Source of the DNA: Camelus ferus
Taxonomy: Eukaryota
Direction: 5' to 3'
DNA length: 64,000 bases
Assembly: GCF_009834535.1 (NCBI RefSeq)
Contig: NC_045697.1
Location: 78,060,001 to 78,124,000 of the forward strand
Part shown: positions 1 through 12,270 of the stretch, one piece after another
Layout of the letters: every line of letters begins with the position of its first letter
Numbering within the stretch: the stretch's first letter is position 1
Translations under genes and position numbers: made by a program
The notes under the pieces: model-generated
Told to the model about the DNA's origin: nothing
Databases searched by the model: none
The model's input: only the letters and a program-made list of their open reading frames with translations

Positions 1-749
1 AGTCAGACATAAGTTGTAGATATACGTGAAGTGACTTTTGTCTTCCTGACATATTAAGCTTCAACATGATACTACAGTGTCTGTAAAACAAAGGAGGAAG
101 CATCTATTTCACAAAACAGGATATGGCCAAGTCACTTGGTTAAAAGAAAGGATCATATTTATTTTTCAATTAATTAATTATTTAAAATACCAGTTACAAG
201 TAAAATAAGCCAATCCTCTTGCCTCGCCCCTCAACAAAACAGAACAAAACAAAACACCTAAACCAACAAATCCATATACTGCAGTACTATTTAAATGCTG
301 ATAGGAAAATTGACAGTGTTTTTTTACTTAATATTTCTTGATTTCTCGTATTTGTCGACTAACTCTTAAGTTTTATCTTCTCTGGAGAAAGAGCAGCCTG
401 TGTCTTGTGTTTTTACACATCATCAATTTGAATATGTTTCAAATTAATTGTCAGTGTGAGATATTGAGAAAGGGAGCTTAAGAATAAGATGATAGCAGTG
501 TAAAAGGAAATTTGAAATAAATATATATAGCTCAGTTTAAAACTATATATATTTTACCAGTGGGAAGGGTGGGATCAGAGTAGGGCTGAGAAATTTGGGG
601 TATAAGGGTTAAGCCTTGTTTTCATTTAAATATCTCATGTAGCCACTGAAGTGCTTTTTGGGGTTCCCACAGTAACACAGCAAGAAGGTACTCACCCAGC
701 ATTAGTGGAGAAAACATATAACCAGTAAAGCGTGTGAATTGTATGTATC

Positions 750-1058
750 CAGTTGGCCCTCCATGTCTGAAAATCTTGAATCCTTAGGTTTAAACAACCA
801 ATTCTAAAAAGAAAAAGAATCCCAGAAAGTTCCCAAAAGCAAAACTTGAATTTGCCACATATGATGGCAACTATTTACATAGCATTGACATTGTATTAGG
901 TATTATAAGTAATCAAAAGGTGATTTAAAATATACAGAAGGATGTACGTAGGTTATAAGCAAAAACTATGCCATTTTATATAAGGGACTTGAGCATCTGC
1001 AGATTCTGATATCCTCGGGGGTCCTGAAATCAATTTCCTGTGGATACCAAGAGGACTG
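750..1058 (-). mobile_element. MER2/MER2B non-autonomous TcMar-Tigger DNA transposon
   Basis: Reverse complement resembles the MER2 consensus (GATGCTCAAGTCCCTTATATAAAATGGC...ATTACTTATAATACCTAATACAATG); CAG...CTG termini. Confidence 0.85.
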
Positions 1059-1499
1059 TGTAGACAATTACAAATACTAGGTGAAACAGTGTCGGTCATT
1101 TAACCTCAGAACTCTTTGGTGTGGATAGCTGAAGTGAACTTGATAGTGACTTGGCAAATCTAAGCATTTCTTTTTTTTCATTATCTTTGTGTCATGAAAA
1201 TGGTGATTAATTGTGTAGTTAACCCATGACTGGCTACACAGGGGCCCCATTCTCTAGCATCAATCCCATATAAAATGGGTCTTACCAGCTTATAAAAGGA
1301 AATGCTGTAAATAACATTAATTTTTATAAGTTGAAGCACATCATAAATGCAATAATAAAACTCTTTATTGAAGGACAATATCTAAAAAAAAAAAAAAAAA
1401 GTAGGGAGAGAGAGAGAGAAAGAAAGAAAATACATCAGAAGAATCCTCTTAGTATAAGAATAATATCTGCTCCATCACTTACTCTCCACAGGTGTTAGG

Positions 1500-1680
1500 A
1501 AGCAGCAAGTTGTGGTACAAACAACAAAGACTTAGCCCCAAGAAATCTGGGTTCTAGTTCCTGTCCTGACTGTCACTAGCAGTATGACTTTAAGCAAAGC
1601 TAACATTGCAGGATAACTCTTTCCGTTGGTGAGGGAGCTGTACTGGATTATGCCCAAGAATTTCTCCAGCTCTAAAGTTT
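1500..1680 (+). mobile_element. MIR-family SINE (MIR3/MIRc-like)
   Basis: ctgggttctagttcctg..cactagcagtatgacttt core; tccagctctaaa 3' end. Confidence 0.65.
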
Positions 1681-1999
1681 CATGTTTTATTTTCCAGATT
1701 TGGATTTTCATTGATGGCAAGATGTTTTCATGGTTGCACACCTGTATTATATAACTAGGGTGACAGAGTGCAAAATTAATACTAATCCCCAGAACTGATT
1801 TAAAGCTATTTGAATTGGGGTGCATTGATTACCATCTTATTAACCTGAAAGGGATAATGAAACTTCCAAAGCCTCTCGACTAACTGTAGAGATTAGTTTT
1901 TGTTTCGGAGAATCTAGTCCCAGGTATGGTATCAGTATGCATGACCATTGCTTTGGACTTATTGGTGAGATAAAGAATGGTTTCAAAAGTCATGGGACT

Positions 2000-2230
2000 C
2001 CTTGGTGTAGTTGAAAGAATAATAAACATGGAAAGGTGCATTTTGAATTTTGGCCCTATTTTTTATTAACTATGTGGCATTGCTTAAGTCACTTAATTTC
2101 TCGGATGTTTAATTTTTTGCATCTTTATGATGGGGATAATAGCTGTTTTGCATGCATTATAAAGTACCTGTGATTGAATACAGTTATTTATATACGAATG
2201 CCCTTTGTGAATTGCAAAATGCAAAATGTT
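2000..2230 (+). mobile_element. MIR SINE
   Basis: ttaactatgtggcattgcttaagtcacttaatttctc..atggggataatag core. Confidence 0.65.
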
Positions 2231-2789
2231 TTAAGGACTGTAGTTTAATTTTGGTTCTGTAGCAGAGAGAAATTATTTCCAACTGCTAGTTTTGGAAAGC
2301 AGTGATATTTTATGAATGTCTTTCTGGGATGGAGGCTATATGGCACTAGTAGGAACGCACACATAGGCAACATCATTTTGGTATTGGAGGAGAGAACAGT
2401 GCCACCCTGCCTACCACAGTATCCATCGGCAGAGTGAGGGTGTGTCTGAGGAACACTGCTTGGCAATCTGTTCTCTGAGGATTATGGCAGATGTGGTACC
2501 ATTGACCATCAGACCTGGTGATGTCTTTATCCTGTCTCTATCTCTTACGGGTCATGTGACCTTGGATATGTTCCCTAACCTTTCTGAATCTCGGTTTTCC
2601 TATGCATCAGTTTCCCTCTCCCCCAAAATAGTAGCTGTCATATTTGCTCCTCTTACATTGTCATTCTCTAAATGTAGAGTTTGCAGGCATATACTTCTTC
2701 TCAAAGAAAGGGCATTTAAAGTCCTCTAATGGTTAAGTCGTGTCATTCCTTAATTCTCTATTGCATTAGACATTATGATTTATGATTAG

Positions 2790-3240
2790 ATTTTACTGAG
2801 AGTAACAGAGGCCCAAAATATAGTGTCTTAAGTGAAAGCAAAATTGATTTCTTGAATAGAAAAAAGGTTTTATAGATAAATAGTTTTATGTTGATATGGT
2901 AAGTCTGTCTCACAATGTCCTCAGGGATCCAGTACCTTCTACGTGATTGCTCTTTCATAGGTAGCACCATTACCAAGGTCACCTGGTGGCTCAAGATAGC
3001 TGCTCCAGCTCCACCCATCATGTCTACATTCTAGCTAGCAGGAAGGAGGAAGGGGCAATAAAAAAGAGTGTGGATTACCTACCATTTAAAGAAAGTCCCC
3101 CAAAATGTTGTATGACACTTACTCACTGAATGAAAATGTATCTACCTAAATATATCTAGCAACAAGGAAGGCTGTGAAATTTGGTTTTTCCATGAAGAAG
3201 AGAAGAAGATATTGGGAGAAAATGTAGATTCTTTGGCACA
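2790..3240 (-). mobile_element. MLT1 (J/K-like) ERVL-MaLR LTR
   Basis: caagatagctgctccagctccacccatcatgtctacattctag; agcaacaaggaaggctgtgaaat; ends ggcaca. Confidence 0.7.
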
Positions 3241-4519
3241 AGAACAATTACAGAAGCGTTTATAACATGTTCTAAAATATACAGACAAATAGAAAAAAAA
3301 AAGGGAGACTATATCATTATCTTATGCTGAGTTTGGTGACTATTACAAAGAATGCTTATTACATGTAATTATCAAAAAGAAGTTAGTCCTAATACAGAAG
3401 CCTAGCTTGCAACCCTGAGTTTTTGTATGGATGTCTTCAGTAGGAAGTTTATTTTGTTCTCTGTGAAGCACAGATATTATCTTTATAAAACACATTACTC
3501 ATATTCTCTAAAAGTTATTTTTTTTCCACAGAAAAGCCATGCATTTAAAAAAGATCTAATAACTTGTTCTGAGTGTCAATCAATATAGCACATGAATATC
3601 TAGTGGAAAGCGGTCACTGTGCTGCCCAAGGGGAAGTTACCCAAGAATGAAATCAGGACTACAGCTGAATTGCATCCTTCATCAAACACATGCAAAGCAG
3701 ATCAGAAAGGCATCAATTCCCAATGCTGCCATGGGTGGTCTTTCTACTGCCCATGTAATCTCCAGTTTAACAAAGATTATTATACTTCAGTAATTTGAAA
3801 TGTCAAAATAGTAAATCTTACGTGGATAAACTAGGCGGCAGTTTCCAAATTTATAACCAATGTCTAGTTAAAATGGTAAAGTCATTTAAATTACATTTGC
3901 AGAGTTGTCTTTTGAAACTAAAGATATTTGGCTCACAGTTTTTAATGGGTCAGGAATATAATATCTAATATCTGATACAATTCTCTTTTAGGACAGTATA
4001 GCCTGGTATGACAGGAAGGAGGCAATGAGGTATTGTTAACTAAGCGATTCTAACAAGATAAGCTTCCTTTTGTTACCTTTTAATCATCTGCTGTTTCCAT
4101 TCAATTGTTTATTAATTGGGGTAACTTATTTTAGTCACTAGATTGAGTATTTAATCTGTTCTTATTTTTTTTAATTTGAAATTTCCTTTTAAATTTTACT
4201 TTACAATATTATTATTAATACTAAATTTATTTGCTCAAGAGATAAAATGTGTTTGTTATGTTGGCTTTCTGTAATTGACTTAAAAAAAAAAAACATTTTC
4301 TTTAATTAAAAAATTCCTTCACAGGAACAAGGTTTGAAAGGCTGAAGAAGTTACATTTGCTTATCTTCTTTAGCTGCAGTAAATTGACTTTGATGGGTGT
4401 GCTTGTCAATACTGAAAATTTTCTTCATTGTGTTTTTTAAAAAAAGCCAGATTGACAAAATGATTACCTTTCAGTTTCTGGTATTTTACTGCTCTTTTCT
4501 GATATATGTTAGTTCAGTT

Positions 4520-4630
4520 ATTTCAGCAGCACATATTGAAAGGCTGCTTGGTTCCAGGTGCCTTGCCAAAACTGGGAAATATAAAGACTAGTGGAGCGTG
4601 GTTCCTGACCTTGAGAAGTTCAGAGTCTAG
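4520..4630 (-). mobile_element. L2 3' end fragment
   Basis: ccaggtgccttgccaaaactgggaaatataaag..tggttcctgaccttgagaagttcagagtctag. Confidence 0.6.
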
Positions 4631-6319
4631 ACTAAAATTTGAACCTCCTACTTTTAGAAAACTAAAATAGAATAGCAATCATTCTTAGACGTCTAAATTA
4701 GGGACTTATGATAAGAAATGGATGATTTAACCAAAATGGAAAGCAATATAGAGATATGCTTTTGTTTTAAATGTCTATCCCTGCCCTGAATTTACAAGGG
4801 AGTTTTCCATCTCTCTATATCAGCTATGTTCCAGAAAAGGCGTGGTTTGATAACAAAAAGATTCCTTTATCTCAAATGCATTACAAAGACTGATATAGAT
4901 GTAACGTGGAAACTGTGAAAATCTAGTTCTCTTTTCTTTCTTGAAGATCCTTTCTATTTTATAGCACTATGCCTATAGGAACAGTTTTAAAATTAGAAGA
5001 GGTACTCAAATCTCTTGGTTTGGGCAACAATGCATTTTCTTCCAAAGTTGAGTTACAAAGAAAATGGTCAATGATCAAGGCTAGATGTTAATCCCAGATA
5101 CCTCAACCTCTATGAGTCTATTATCTTTCAAAAATCAGTTTAGTAAAAAGCATTATTTTCTTAGGACTCTACAACATATGAAACACAGAACATTTGAGAA
5201 AGAGCAACACCCAACCTTAATCATGTGACAAAAGTGATTTATCATGAAGTAATAAAGTTGTATTGGTATAAATCTTTAGTAGACTTATCACAGGGGATTT
5301 TTAATGTCACTTTAGTGCAAAATAAGGAATTCTTATGTAACCTCAATACAAAATAAAAAGGAAACAAAGGAAATTTTATGTCAGAATAAAGAAGCTGAGA
5401 ATCAAAAGACACATGAATGGAAAATTCTCCTCCACAGCTGGCCTTTTGATGAATTTCTTCCTGCTGCTTCTATTCCTCTGTATTCAGCTGTGCCATCTTT
5501 CTTCTGTCTTTACCCTTCCCTCTCTTCCCCTTTGTGATCATCTCAGTTCCGTGCTCCCTTTCCCTCACCTTTTTAAAAATGTCATATAGGACCCTCCTTA
5601 CATTCTCCTGGTGGGACTGCTCTGACCTCTGACAGTTTCGGTGGGAGACTACAGACATGGGCTGTTTTCTTAGTGGCTGAGAGAAAGGCAGATGGATGCT
5701 TCCATCTCAGAGGGAAATCTGTAGCGACGAAATGGACAGGCTTCCTTGGATGGAGAGCTAACATTTGCTGTACGTGTGCTCTGAGGTCCTTTAATTCCCT
5801 AGGTCTCTCATGCCTCTTGTTTAAGAGAAGATTCCAGCAAGCCAATTCCCAGCTTTCTGAGGTAGGTAACTCTTGGGAAACTCATGTTTCTCTCTCTGGG
5901 AACGTCAGAGGTCTTAGGACTGGGAGCTCCGATTCTGGCTTTGAGTTCTGATTTACTGTCCCTGACATTTGTGGGTCCAGCTAGGACTGTAGTCTTTACT
6001 CCAGCTCGTTTTTTGCACCGATTTCTCAGGCAGTAGCAGTAGGGACACCCTGTCTGGTCCTGGTAAGCTCTGAAGCCTCTGACTGCCCAGGCCTGTGCCA
6101 GCTTCACCCCAAGGACTTGGATCTGTTTCTTTACAACCATGCCCCAGCTCTGATGCTCCTGGGCGGGGTCATACTCGTATTACTTGGTAATACTGCTCTC
6201 TATTTTATTTGAATGTGGCCCTTCAGTTCTCCCAGTAGGGCACTTACCATGCTCTACTGCAGGTACAGTAATTGAGGTAGTCGGGGGGGGGGGCGCACAG
6301 GCTCCGACATCATACACAA

Positions 6320-6475
6320 CAGCATTTGTGTCTGAACTCTGTACCTTCCCCGCTGTGTGACCCTGGGCAAGTCTCTAACCTTAGCTTCCTTGGCCATCAA
6401 ATGGACATAATAACTCCAATCTCTTGGGAGCTGTTGTGATAATTATAGGGAATAATCATGTAAAATACTTGCCCT
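6320..6475 (+). mobile_element. MIR SINE
   Basis: gctgtgtgaccctgggcaagtctctaacctt core. Confidence 0.75.
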
Positions 6476-7571
6476 TTTGTCTGACAGCAGTGACAGTCAA
6501 GAGAGTCAATTCCCTCTCTCTTCTCTGCATGGCTGCATGGATGGGTTTGTATGCATACTGTTCTGATGATGCTCTTGTGTTCTTTTCTATTTCTCCTGCT
6601 TTAGCTGCCAGCTTTCTGTATATTCTGGTTGTTTCTTAGGTTTAAGAAAACAACCCATTTCTTAGTAAACTGCAGGAAGGAGTGGGTTCAGATTGGTAGT
6701 TTTGTCCTACAAATTACCCCAGAATGGAAATATGTCCCCCTTTTCTACTTTGCAACTCTGGAGAGAAAGAAATACATGAAAAATAACCCCAGTTTTCCTT
6801 CCCAGAGGCAACCATTTTCAACTCTTCCAGTTATTTCTTCTAGTATTCTGTCAGTATTTCTCAAAAGTAATGATTTCTTGGTTTATCTGGTTAGATATCA
6901 CTTAGTGACGTACACTTCTAGTTGTTGAGGACTTAACTTTTTTCAACTACCTTACACTTCCCTTTCCAAAATTTATCACAGTTTTGGTTAAATCACTATT
7001 TGGTGTTGTCACTATTATTACTTTGTCGATAATGTTCACCTAAGTGAAGCAGTCATGTACTATGATTATGTATCCTGTCGTGAGCAATATTTTCCTCTGG
7101 AATTAATACTTCCTTAAATAAAAATGTCTTTGGTTTAGTTTCTTTAGTTGTCTTTATATCTACTGAGAGTTTTTTTTCCTAAATACAAAGATTTATTCAT
7201 CCAATCTGTAAACAGCTTCCCAATAACTCACAGTCACGTGAATCAGCCGATATACTGATGGCCACTCCTCTGTTTACTTTCTGTCTTCCCAAAGTGTGTT
7301 AATACTGTTCATTCACTGTTTTGTCTCTCTTACTTTCTCACTCTTATATCTGGCTGAAGCAGGCATGTCCTTTTGGCCCCAGGTTTGCCCTGCCTCATGG
7401 ACATTTAGTGTTGATAATTGAGTTCCATGTGCAAGGCTCCACCCTGGTCAGTCTGTTCCACCTCTCATGCTGGTAGACTGGGATTTTGCACTGAACCAAA
7501 ATTTTATCCCCTAACGCACACCTACTTATGCTCTTTCTGTTATTCAGCACTATTTAGACTGTTTAACTCTT

Positions 7572-8027
7572 TGTACTAGTTTCCTATTGCTGCTGTAAAA
7601 AAAAAAGTCCACAAATTTAGTGGTGAAACACCACAGGTTCACTATTTTATATTTCCGAAGGTCAGAAGTCTCGAATGGGCTGGCAGAGCTGTGTTTCCTC
7701 TGGAGCCTCCAGGACAGCATCCATTTCCTTGTTTTTTCCAGCTCCTAGAGGCGGCCCACCTCCCTTAGCTTGTGGCCCCCATCACTCTGACCTCTGCTTG
7801 TATAGTCAGTTTGCCCCCTCCAACTCTGACTTCATGTCTCTCTTTTCTATCTTTTAAGAACTCTAGGGATTACATTGGACTCACCTGGATAATCCAGGAT
7901 CATCTCCCTGTTTCAAGATCTTTGGTCACATCTGCGAAGTCCCTTTGGCCATGTAAGGTAACATATCTACAGGTGTCAGGGATTAGGAAGTAGACTTCTT
8001 TGGGGGGCCATTATTCTGCCTACCACA
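7572..8027 (-). mobile_element. Complete solo LTR, MLT1D-like, with 5-bp TSD CTCTT
   Basis: TGT...ACA termini; gattacattggactcacctggataatccaggat and ggggccattattctgcctaccaca motifs; CTCTT at 7567-7571 and 8028-8032. Confidence 0.88.
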
Positions 8028-8059
8028 CTCTTCTATACGATAACTCTACAAGTATTTGA

Positions 8060-8435
8060 ACAGATGTTATGTATCTTCTAAGGCTTCTTTTTTTAAGGTT
8101 AATATAAGAAAGTATTTTTATTTGTTTCATCTTTGACACGGCTCCCAGGTTCATCACCCTTTTCTTTGCCATCGTCTGTATTTATTTTGTTTTGTCAATG
8201 TCTTTTTAAAGTGTTCAGAACTGAACATAAATATGATTACACCCGGGAAGATTCAAAGAAGATAACATTTCCCTGCTTCTGGAAACTCTCCTTCTATTAA
8301 TGCAGCTCAAGATTTCATTATTTTCTTGGGGAACATTGTTGACTAATATTGATCTTTTCACCAGCTAAAATCCCTTAATCTTTTTCATGCAAACCACTTG
8401 TAAGTGAGGTTTTTCCCATTTTGTATTTCTGTAGG
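8060..8435 (-). mobile_element. CR1/L3 LINE fragment
   Basis: ttgtcaatgtctttttaaagtg..cagaactgaaca..ctattaatgcagctcaagatt, typical of antisense L3. Confidence 0.6.
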
Positions 8436-9574
8436 ATTGTTAAATTAAAACAACAACAACAACAACAACTAAGATGTATTCAGGTCCTATTAGGTGCCAG
8501 AAACCGGACACAGTTACACTTAGATAAGTCAGTGTCAGCTGCCAAGATGTCGCCAGAGTCCTGTACTTGCTTTCAGATTTAAGTACAATTGGTACGGATC
8601 CTATCCAAAGACTGGAGGGAGTCACATTCCACCCAACATGTTCCAAAATTTTTGGTGAAGTTTATGCAGTGTTTGGTCATGTCTGGCTAATCATTTATTT
8701 CTATCAGACCCTTAACCCCCGATCTGCCTCCTGTCTTCCTTGCTGCAGTCACTTTTCTGCACTCTTGTTGTCTCATGCTGGGCACCCCCTTTCCCATGCT
8801 CCCCCAAAGTTCCACTGACCCAAGCTTGTACATGTGAACCTTTACTGAAGGTCTGAGGTTATGAAGGGAGGTAACATGCAGCCTAGAGAACAATCAACAA
8901 TAAATATTAGACCTCAGAAGTCCCTCTGTGATTCTTGCTTCTGGGAGCTCCTCACATGAGCAGTTCTTGGCACAGAGCCTAGGTTCACATCCAGCTGCTT
9001 GGCTTCTCCCTTCTCCCTCTCTTCAGTCCCAGTTTTCCTTCTGTTTCTTGCTTCAGAGCATCGTGGCTCTCGTTTGGGACTTCACCTTTTTTTGTGTGTA
9101 AAGGAATTATCAAAGTATTTGATTGAATTAAAAATGGCTTCTCTAACCTAATAAAGAGTAACTTACCAGGATTTTAGCACGAGAAAAAGGTTCATCTCTG
9201 AAAAATATCTAGCTCTCTGAGCAATTCAACTCCAAACTCCATAGAACTACTTATATTATGAAAAGAAAATACCTGTATATTTAAAAACTGTGTATACTTT
9301 AAGAAAGCCATTACTAGAAATCATCATTTGCGAAATGAAGATTATGATTAGTTCTTCTGAATTTCAAGCCACAAAAATAAACTAAGATACCCATGAGGTT
9401 TTGCTCCCCATCGTGGACATCCTGGAGGTCTTGAACACACACAAGTCTGCCTGCATAAGGACTGCAGGATCAAAATCAGGGCAAACACCATGAATCTAAA
9501 GCTCTCTCTTTCACAAAAAGCAATTTTTTTTCCTCTTTCATCAAGGGAAAAAGGGATTATTTTTGATTAATACA

Positions 9575-10007
9575 TTTATGGTTTGTATTGTGTCCTCCTA
9601 AAAAGATTAATTGAAGTTCTAAGCCCCCGTACCGGGGATTGAGACCTTGTTTGGAAATAACGTCTTTTTAAAGGTAAACAAGTTACAGTGCGGTCATGCT
9701 GATGGGCCATAATACAAACTGGCTAGCATCCTTATGAAAGGGGGAAATCTGAACACAGACACACACACAGGGAGGGTGCTTTGTGAGCATGAGGGCAGAG
9801 ATCTTATGAAGAAGCATCTACAAGGCAAGGAACACCAAAATTGCCAGCAAAGCACCAGAAGCTAGGAGGGAGCGTGGGGAGATTTTCTCACAATTTTCAG
9901 GAGCAATCAGTCTTGCTGACACCTGGATGGCAGACTTCCTCGCCTCTAGAACGTTGAGTGGCCCAGGTTGTAGTATTCTGTTACAATTGTCCCAACAGAC
10001 TAAAACA
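9575..10007 (+). mobile_element. MLT1C-like LTR
   Basis: tatggtttgtattgtgtcc start; caaggaacaccaaaattgccagcaaagcaccagaagctagga; ends actaaaaca. Confidence 0.85.
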
Positions 10008-10419
10008 GGGCCTTTGACTGAAACAAAGACTTTATTCATCATTTCTTAACTCCTTGGTCTATTTCTAACATGAAATATGGTGGGAAGACACTTTATTTTG
10101 CTGAGACAAGTTTCTGACGATAAGTAAACTAGTTTTCAACATATATATGAACATAATTTGTCAAATAAACTGAATTGAAATTCCTCCCGATTAACCAAAT
10201 CATCTATCTGAAAAGACACTTTGAAGAGGGGGGGCCTTGTGCTTTTCCCTTGGAAGCAGTGTCTGCTTGTCAGTGAACGGGGTGCTTGCGAGTGTGGAGC
10301 AGACCCAGGAAGCGGAAAGGAACGCGCCGGGAAGCCGGGGGAAGGAGGGCAGCCCTAACGTCCCCTAATCCATCCAGCCAATTTATCCTAAAACACAAAA
10401 GCACGCCACAGAAATCTCT

Positions 10420-11520
10420 CTTGACTGCACGTCTTCCCCTCTCAGCTCCATCGCATAAACAGACTTTTAGAACGAACTACGTATCCACTGTGTGTTCACT
10501 TCCTCATTTTTTTATTCTTTGACCTTCTCCAGTCTGGCTCCGCCCCTTGCCATTCTGCTGAAACTGCCCTAGTCCAGGGTCCAGTGACTCTGCCAGCAAC
10601 GTTTCCCCCTCATCTTACTCCTCCTGCCAGTAGCATTTGGCACTTGTCAGCGTGTCCTTCTGTTGAAACCCTTGTGGCTTGAATGATACCATGCTCTCCT
10701 GGTTTCCACCAGGCCTCCCTGGTCCTGCCTTCTGTCTTTGCCGGCTCTTCCTCCTCTATCTTTTCTATTTATGTTGCTTTGCCCCGGACCCTCTTTTCTT
10801 TTCTGTATACTCTCTCCTGAGGTGATCTCGTTCAGTCTCATAGTTTGAACTACTGTCTATGGTGAGGAGTCCCAGACTGAGGTCTTCAGCTCAGACCTCT
10901 CAACTGAGCTCCAGACTTTTACATCCAACTTCCTGCCTACCTGACATCTCCATTTGTGCATCTCATCCTGTCCTAAACGCAACACAGCCCAAACGGAAGT
11001 TCTGATTCCCGTGCAGCCACATGTGTGTTTCTTTGAACTCTTTATCATCTCCATAAAACCCATCAGAAGTCTAGAAATCAGCCTTCATTCCCATCCTCTG
11101 CTACTTGCCATCCACGTCTCTCCATTTCCCTGGTGGCCACCCTAGCCCAGGCCACTATCACTTACTATCCAACTAATTTAACAGCCTCAGACCAATCTTT
11201 CCTCTGCCCCGCTGGTCTCCCCCTTCCCTCATTAATTCTCCACCAAGTATCTAGAAATGGCTTTATATATGAGAATAGGAGCATCTCATTCTCCTGCTGA
11301 AAACTCCTCTGTGACTTCCTATTGCACTTAGATTAAAATCTAAACACATTACAGGAGACTTCAGGGCCCCGCAAAACCCTGTCCCTGCCTGCCTGTGGAA
11401 CCCCATCCTGGGCACCCCACCCTCACTCAGCACTTTCCGTCACACAGTCCTCTTGAATTTCTCTGACAGGCCAAGACATTTATCTGTCTTGAGGCATTTT
11501 CACCTCTCTCTTCTGCCCAA
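10420..11520 (+). mobile_element. L2 LINE, degenerate RT region to 3' part
   Basis: tatactctctcctgaggtgatctcgttcagtctcatagtttgaactac..cagacctctcaactgagctccagac..tgacatctccattt resembles the L2 RT YTLSLGDLIQSH..YADD..PDLSPELQ block. Confidence 0.8.
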
Positions 11521-12065
11521 AATATTAAGCTAATAGGTGTGAAAAAAGACAGATAGTTAAACCATATTTTGGCTTTGGGCCACTTGTGACAGGCTCTTTT
11601 TGTGGCAGAGAACTTGGGGTGTTCCTCTCAGGCAGTTACTTGGGGTTTTATGAGGCAGAGCCTACCGGGTGGAAGGTTTTTTGTTTTTGTTTTGTTTTGT
11701 TTTTTTAACCGATACCTGTGTGTTATACTATAGCTGGTGGGTGGACCCTTGGCATTTAAGAGTCCTTATAAGGACGCTTATCTAGTTGTTTGTTGGAAAG
11801 AGCACACGGTCAAAATTCTTTCCACTTACACCATTGACCCCTTTGGGTTTTGTATCCCATTCTGGGTGAATTGATTTGGTAACACACAGGTAAAAAGTTG
11901 TGCTAGAAGCTGCTTTGCATACAAAATATTAAGTAAAAATTAATTGTATTAATTGATATTCCTCGAATCATCTTTTCTTTTTTTTTAATAGGAATGCAAT
12001 TTTTAAAAACATGTTTTTCCAATATCATCACTTTTATTTCAGGCCCTTTGTTTTGAGGACATATA

Positions 12066-12270
12066 CCCATTTCCCAAACTTTCGTCATTCACATGCCAAT
12101 TTCAAGATTTTTGCAGTATTTCTGTATTATTTGTATTTAATATGTGTGTATATTTTTATCTTAATAGCATCTGGGAAATCAAGGTTTGATGTTTTATGTT
12201 TCATCTTTCTATTTACAACAGAACAAGCACATCATTATCAAAATGAAAAATGGTCATCTGTGTAGCATGT
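12066..12270 (+). mobile_element. hAT-Charlie non-autonomous element fragment
   Basis: tttcccaaactttcgtcattcacatgcc..gatttttgc start, shared with the copy at 18376. Confidence 0.5.

Noticed and set aside
4524..4550. CAGCAGCACA miR-15/497-like start (also at 36727)
   Set aside because: No pre-miRNA hairpin; lies in an L2 tail or the MITE relic
6273..6294. TGAGGTAGT let-7-like 5' sequence
   Set aside because: Only 9 nt match, followed by poly-G, with no precursor hairpin
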